Part shown: positions 26,890 to 31,980 of the stretch, in pieces | How the letters are laid out: each line of letters opens with the position of its first letter | Numbering within the stretch: position 1 is the stretch's first letter | Origin: Promethearchaeota archaeon Loki_b31 | GTDB taxonomy: Archaea; Asgardarchaeota; Lokiarchaeia; Sigyniarchaeales; SOKP01 | DNA length: 31,980 nt | NCBI GenBank assembly: GCA_005222975.1 | Contig: NJBI01000040.1 | Span: forward strand, 1-31,980 | Direction of reading: 5' to 3' | Notes under the pieces: model-generated | Seen by the model: the letters and a program-made list of their open reading frames with translations, nothing else | Databases searched by the model: none | What the model was told of the DNA's origin: nothing | Made by a program: the position numbers and the translations under genes

Positions 26890-29800
26890 TTGACTAATGT
26901 GGAAAACAAGACGGCATATCCTTATATTACGGAATTTAAAAAAGAACCATTTAGATCCTTTGTTTTTGTTAAAAGAAGGGAAATTGGGAGTTTTTACCTT
27001 AGTAATTACGAAAAGGTCTTAGAATTATATCAAACTTATAACAAAAGTTTGTTAACTGAATCTAATTTATTTTTAGAGAATATGTATTGGTTTCTCTTGC
27101 TAAGGAAATATCTCAAGCAAAAAAAGAAAGATTATAGAGAAGAGTTTTTAGAATTTATAAAAAGTTGCGAAGTTGAAATTATTGAAAAAGATCAATTAGG
27201 ATTTAAAACCTCTCCAAATTCTACTAAAAAACCTGATGTTTGGTCGTCGTATTTTGCATTAGCAAGTTTAAAATTGTTAGGAGTTTTGAAGGAATATCTT
27301 TCTTCTAAGGGTCAGAATGAAAATATCAGAAAAATTAAAAACTTTATTTACGATCATAAAAGAAACAACGGATTTTTGCACTGTCTAGATAAAGAATGTG
27401 CAGAAGATAATAAAACACCTAACGCTAAAACCCTATATTTCGTAATTGAGAGTTTAATCTTTCTTGGTGTAGATGTACGGTTATTCAAGGAGCAATTTCG
27501 TCAATATATTAACGATCGGAAAAAAGATAATTCCATAATTTTTAAGTTTTTATGTCTTAAATTCTTTGATTTAGATTCAGATGTAAAAGATAAAGAGATT
27601 CAATTTCTCTATTCATTTCAAAAAGATCACGGAGGGTTTGGTTTTGATTCTGAGGATGGGGAGGTTTCTACTACTTTTTGGCTTGTAAATGTTCTAGATA
27701 TATATTCATGGTTAATTGATTATAATCCCGCGAGGATTTATTCTTTTATCACAAAAAGTTTAGATAACTTGTTAAAAGAACGGGAAAGATGGAGTTTAAG
27801 GATCTTAACAGAAGTATCACAATTAGTAATTTTGTTATCTTTAATATGGCATCGCTTTATCGAAGAGATTGAAAGAGTTGTGTTTAAAGGCTTAGAAGCT
27901 CATAACTTTATTGATTTAAACCAAATTAAAACAACATTTGGTTTGAGTTATGGTATAGAAGAGATCATCTTGTACATTAATCTTAATTACACTATAAATT
28001 TGAGTATCTTAGATAATGCGGTAGAATTCAATCGCTATCTTCAAAACCTTAGTCAAGGTAAAAAAATTATTATTGAGGAAATCTATAACCAACTGAGCAA
28101 AAATAGCATTATATCTCTTTCTGATATTTTTAAGAGGTATAAAGCTTCTTACCATTATGAACCTTTAAAATTGAAAGAAGACATTTTTCCTTTAATTTAC
28201 GACTTAATTAGCAATCATTTTTTTGAAGGAGAAATTAGAACTAAAAAAGCTTTTTTATTTAGAACTAAATTTTATTTATGTTTGGACTTTCTTTTTGAGA
28301 AAGTAATTGTTTCTGATAACGAGATTAATACGGAGAGGTTATACGAGGAAAAGGCGAAATTAAAAGAATTCAAAAACGATATATATAATATGACATTAAA
28401 ATTAGAGAATACTATTCCACAGATTAGGGAAGAAATTGAATCTTATCTTTTATTAGACGAGGTTGAGTTTGCTAAAGAAAGGTTAAGGTTTATTTTGCGA
28501 AACGCATTGATGGAAGCTGATTTCTTAAACGAAAACATTGAAACCTCCTTTAATCAAGAATTAATTTATATTAATTTACAAGCTACTTTAGGGTCTGAAA
28601 TATCGCAATGGAACAAATCATACTCGCTTTTGCAAAATAGATTGAACGAATTAAATAAATATCTTCAAGGAAGAATCCAAGAGAAAGAAGATTTAAAAAA
28701 GTATAGTGTAATCTTAGATGAATTAGATAATAGGGTATATAATATTCAAGATTATATAGATCGCGAATTAGATTCTTTTAAGAATTTTGTTGTAGAAATT
28801 CTTGAAGACGGGTATAGTAAGGAAAAATTTGATCTTATCATTCAAGCATTTAACAAGATATCACAATATGTAAATAAATATGATGGAATCGTCTACAAAA
28901 TTTCTCACCAAATTACAGGAAAGGAAAAAAAAGTAGCCAAAAAACATAGAAAAATAATTAATAATTGGGTTAATTTTAAGGAGAATTTTGATTCTATTTT
29001 TGCAGATTACACGAATGGATTTCAATTTTTTAACGAATTAAATGAAAAAATCGGGAATTTCAAGGATAATATCCAAACAGGGATATTAGAAATAAAAGAA
29101 AACGCGAAGAATAAAGTTATTAATAATCAATTTCATGACGCGTTTAAAACCATCAAAAAAGAAGCCGATATTTTAATAAAACAAAAAGCTGAAGAAATTA
29201 AAGATTTAAAATCGATTGTGAAAAAGGAAATAAAATTCAAACAAAAGCTTTACCTTCTCTATAAATACTTGCAGGAGAAGTTAGATCGTCTTGAAGAAAA
29301 CATTATTGATTTAGTAGCTGAACAAGTGCAATTTATTAAGGAAAAAGTTATTGAAGAGAGAAATAGGGCGAAGATTGAAGATTTTGATAATTTTATATCT
29401 AGTACAATTACACACTTCAAAGATAAATTAGAGAATTATAAAATATATCTTGATCAAAATAGAATTAAAAAAATTGTCGATGTAGTTAACGGTTTTGACA
29501 AGATACTTATTGAATTTAACGAGCAGAATAAGAAATTTTCCAAAAAGTTAATTGATCTAAAAGAGATTGTTGATAAGTTTGAAGAAAATTCGATTACGAC
29601 GATACAATGGAACAAATTTAATGAATTTTTAAACAAAGAAATAACCAAATTAAAAGAAGAATATGTAAACAATATAATTTCTAACGAAATAATACTTATG
29701 AGTAAGGAGGAAAACACAGATAAAATAGATATTAAGAAGCTAGCTGGCAAGTTAGACCTCAAATGTAAAGCCGTAATTCCAAGGATAAAGAATTTGATAG

Positions 29801-31302
29801 AAATTTCCAAATTACAAGGAGATTTATTTGAAGATAAAAAGGAACTAATAGTTCATACAGAGGAATATTACAGGAGTCGAGAGCTAAAAAATTACGTAGA
29901 AAACAGAATTTTGAAACAAACACAGGAATCCATTGGAAAATTTTTAGCACTTTACGATTCTTGTATAAAAAATAAAACTTTAGGAGTTAATTTGTTAGAA
30001 ATTCAGAATAGAATTGATGATTTGAGCAAATTAGAGGAAACTGTTAATAAGCGATACGATGTGAAGATAAAAGAGTTAAATGTTGACGAAGCAAGAATCG
30101 AAAACATGGAGCTTAAAAAAGGCGTTAACTCAATTATCAGTAACAATCGGTTAGCAATAGAAAATATAAAACAGAATCTAATAGTTTTTAATGAGTTACT
30201 AAATTTTATAAGCAGCGAATATAACGCCCTTCAAATAGAAATAAATAATCAATTTGATAAAATCTCGGAAAACATTGAAGAAATAGAAGTTTACGAGAAA
30301 ATGAGAGAAAAACTTGTAAGTAGAAAGAAAAAAGTCGAAAGTAAATTAAAGCAAGTTGATGAAAAGATCGAAGAAAAGTTGAATTTAGTTATTAATAAAA
30401 GTTACGAATCAAGAAAATTTGAGACGGAAGCAAGAGAATTCTATGTTAGGAAAAAGAATGAAACGCTAAAAAGGTACGAAGAAAAGGTACATCTTATTAA
30501 CCAACAAATAAATACATTTAGATTTGAGACTTGTCGCGGCAAATTATTGACCAATATAAATAAGAATAAAATTCATTTGAGTCAATTATTAGGGACCCTT
30601 CAAGCGAGAGTTGAAGATTACCTTGAAACAGAACAATTTAAAAGGGCATATCTAAAAGTAAATAAAAGACAGAAAAACATTGAACAAGAAATAAAAGATG
30701 TTAATAAAAGAAACAAAGACCTAATTAAAGAATTTAACAAGCAATCAAATTATTTTGAAACTAAAAATAAACACATAATTGACGATTTTGACCGTTTTAT
30801 AAAAGAGTTTAACGACATTTTAAGGGAGAAAGTTAAATCCTTAGAAGAGTTGGTGTTAAAATCTTACATTGAAATGGCAATAAAAGCTGTTGCTAACGAA
30901 TTTCTTACATTAAGCTTTTTACAGAATGAATTAAAAATAAAAAAACAGCAAATCCAAAAACATCTTATCTCTTTGATTAGCGCTGGAAAATTGAATGGAA
31001 AATACAATCCCCAAATTGGCTTATATTACGAAAATCCAGATGTTTTAGCAAAGTTGGATGAGAAAGAGTTAGAAGTTATAAAGAAAATGAATTTTCGAGT
31101 ATACATGTTTATTAGGCGCTTAAAGAATTTTACAAACCAGTACGGGTCAATCATTGCTTTCTTTGCCTCAATCTTGACGATATCTTATTATATCTTCAGA
31201 CTTACTGGAGAAAATCCAATTACAATTTTAATTCCTGTTCTTTTGACATTATTAGTATTCTATTTCTTCTTTTTCAAAAAAAGGAAGGAAGATAAAATTT
31301 GA
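26890..31302 (+). CDS. 1470-aa protein: prenyltransferase-like repeats, long coiled coils, two PCI/wHTH-like domains, C-terminal TM hairpin
   Basis: DVWSSYFALASLKLLG and FQKDHGGFG…STTFWLV repeats; IDIKKLAGKL…LIEISKLQG and LTLSFLQNEL…LISAGKLNGKYN; two hydrophobic helices at the C-terminus. Confidence 0.75.
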   Translation: MTNVENKTAYPYITEFKKEPFRSFVFVKRREIGSFYLSNYEKVLELYQTYNKSLLTESNLFLENMYWFLLLRKYLKQKKKDYREEFLEFIKSCEVEIIEKDQLGFKTSPNSTKKPDVWSSYFALASLKLLGVLKEYLSSKGQNENIRKIKNFIYDHKRNNGFLHCLDKECAEDNKTPNAKTLYFVIESLIFLGVDVRLFKEQFRQYINDRKKDNSIIFKFLCLKFFDLDSDVKDKEIQFLYSFQKDHGGFGFDSEDGEVSTTFWLVNVLDIYSWLIDYNPARIYSFITKSLDNLLKERERWSLRILTEVSQLVILLSLIWHRFIEEIERVVFKGLEAHNFIDLNQIKTTFGLSYGIEEIILYINLNYTINLSILDNAVEFNRYLQNLSQGKKIIIEEIYNQLSKNSIISLSDIFKRYKASYHYEPLKLKEDIFPLIYDLISNHFFEGEIRTKKAFLFRTKFYLCLDFLFEKVIVSDNEINTERLYEEKAKLKEFKNDIYNMTLKLENTIPQIREEIESYLLLDEVEFAKERLRFILRNALMEADFLNENIETSFNQELIYINLQATLGSEISQWNKSYSLLQNRLNELNKYLQGRIQEKEDLKKYSVILDELDNRVYNIQDYIDRELDSFKNFVVEILEDGYSKEKFDLIIQAFNKISQYVNKYDGIVYKISHQITGKEKKVAKKHRKIINNWVNFKENFDSIFADYTNGFQFFNELNEKIGNFKDNIQTGILEIKENAKNKVINNQFHDAFKTIKKEADILIKQKAEEIKDLKSIVKKEIKFKQKLYLLYKYLQEKLDRLEENIIDLVAEQVQFIKEKVIEERNRAKIEDFDNFISSTITHFKDKLENYKIYLDQNRIKKIVDVVNGFDKILIEFNEQNKKFSKKLIDLKEIVDKFEENSITTIQWNKFNEFLNKEITKLKEEYVNNIISNEIILMSKEENTDKIDIKKLAGKLDLKCKAVIPRIKNLIEISKLQGDLFEDKKELIVHTEEYYRSRELKNYVENRILKQTQESIGKFLALYDSCIKNKTLGVNLLEIQNRIDDLSKLEETVNKRYDVKIKELNVDEARIENMELKKGVNSIISNNRLAIENIKQNLIVFNELLNFISSEYNALQIEINNQFDKISENIEEIEVYEKMREKLVSRKKKVESKLKQVDEKIEEKLNLVINKSYESRKFETEAREFYVRKKNETLKRYEEKVHLINQQINTFRFETCRGKLLTNINKNKIHLSQLLGTLQARVEDYLETEQFKRAYLKVNKRQKNIEQEIKDVNKRNKDLIKEFNKQSNYFETKNKHIIDDFDRFIKEFNDILREKVKSLEELVLKSYIEMAIKAVANEFLTLSFLQNELKIKKQQIQKHLISLISAGKLNGKYNPQIGLYYENPDVLAKLDEKELEVIKKMNFRVYMFIRRLKNFTNQYGSIIAFFASILTISYYIFRLTGENPITILIPVLLTLLVFYFFFFKKRKEDKI

Positions 31303-31320
31303 TTTAGATAAAATGTTATT

Positions 31321-31980
31321 TTATTCTTTTCTTTTTTTAAGTAAGACAAATTTTACAATAAGCAGAGAACTTAAAGTTGCGATGTATATAATGCTCCAAA
31401 GAACGATGTAAATTTCTATGTTAAGATACCAGATTGGGTTTTTCAGATCGTTAAAAGTGTGTACTTCGTTAGTCATAACAAAAGACGTCCCTAAGCACCA
31501 GAGTTGACTGAATCTTTCAATACTATCGATTGTATAGACCATAACAGGGATATTGTTTAAATAAAACGATCTATATAATTCATTAGAGTATTCATCACCC
31601 GTTTTGATAATTGTATAATTGTATTCAGACATTTTGAATTCTTCTAAGGAAGGATTAGATCTCATATCCATGCCTAATAAGATATCAGTGGCATTTTTTT
31701 GCTTGATCAAATCAATCCATTCAGCGTTGCTAGTGAAAATCATAACTTTTGTTAAATTAATTCCCGATTCGAGTGTTTCGTTTAAAATTGTTTCAAAATA
31801 GACATCACTATAGAGATGGCTGGATGATGGTAATTTAGTATCTAAATCTATTAAAAAGTCATTATCTCTTGTAAAATTTAAAACTTCTTCAAATGTGGGA
31901 ATTTGTATGCCCCTGTAATTGTCTCCGTCTTCTTTTGAAATACGACCAAAAGCTAAAGCCCCGTATGGATCTTTGTCCGC
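31321..31980 (-). CDS. Membrane glycerophosphodiester phosphodiesterase, 3' part (gene runs off the window)
   Basis: Frame is open to the window edge: DPY…IPTFEEVL…IDLDTK…VMVYTID…LWCLG..FVMTN, then a TM helix. Confidence 0.8.
   Translation of the reverse strand, partial: ADKDPYGALAFGRISKEDGDNYRGIQIPTFEEVLNFTRDNDFLIDLDTKLPSSSHLYSDVYFETILNETLESGINLTKVMIFTSNAEWIDLIKQKNATDILLGMDMRSNPSLEEFKMSEYNYTIIKTGDEYSNELYRSFYLNNIPVMVYTIDSIERFSQLWCLGTSFVMTNEVHTFNDLKNPIWYLNIEIYIVLWSIIYIATLSSLLIVKFVLLKKRKE

Noticed and set aside
258-31801. Short antisense or overlapping ORFs in the track (e.g. 855-1106, 13846-14190, 23189-23551, 25444-25740, 29454-29810)
   Set aside because: They are shadows of well-supported genes and carry no motifs of their own.
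1-31980. CRISPR array, tRNA or rRNA genes
   Set aside because: No spaced repeats or GC-rich structured RNA segments were seen. The BHB motifs sit in coding exons, not in tRNAs.

Overview
AT-rich archaeal window, most likely from an Asgard archaeon (Lokiarchaeia-like). This is inferred from GGTGA/GAGGTG ribosome-binding sites, frequent TTG starts, and longin-, PCI- and UEV/RWD-like domains. It holds three GlcD-like FAD oxidoreductases with two GlcF/HdrD-like Fe-S partners, fatty-acid/acyl-CoA ligases, a CPBP protease, a GNAT, a receiver protein, a large prenyltransferase-repeat/coiled-coil/PCI membrane protein, and a partial glycerophosphodiester phosphodiesterase. It also holds an unusual ABC-2 operon: two permeases, an ATPase, a prenyltransferase-repeat-TM-ATPase fusion, a UEV-like/dead-ATPase fusion, and a longin-TM protein. 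Main finding: two unrelated protein-coding genes are each interrupted in a highly conserved motif by a tiny insert (29 nt at 1491-1519 minus; 31 nt at 16601-16631 plus). Both inserts fold into a canonical bulge-helix-bulge. Cutting at the standard EndA positions restores the reading frame and the motif (CxxCxxC; DEPTTGVD), and the two share a junction consensus. This points to tRNA-endonuclease-type micro-introns in mRNAs. Splicing is predicted from sequence only. The ABC operon also carries a 2152-bp repeat-bounded insert of gene debris, including an HNH remnant, and two genes that appear to lack a canonical start codon.
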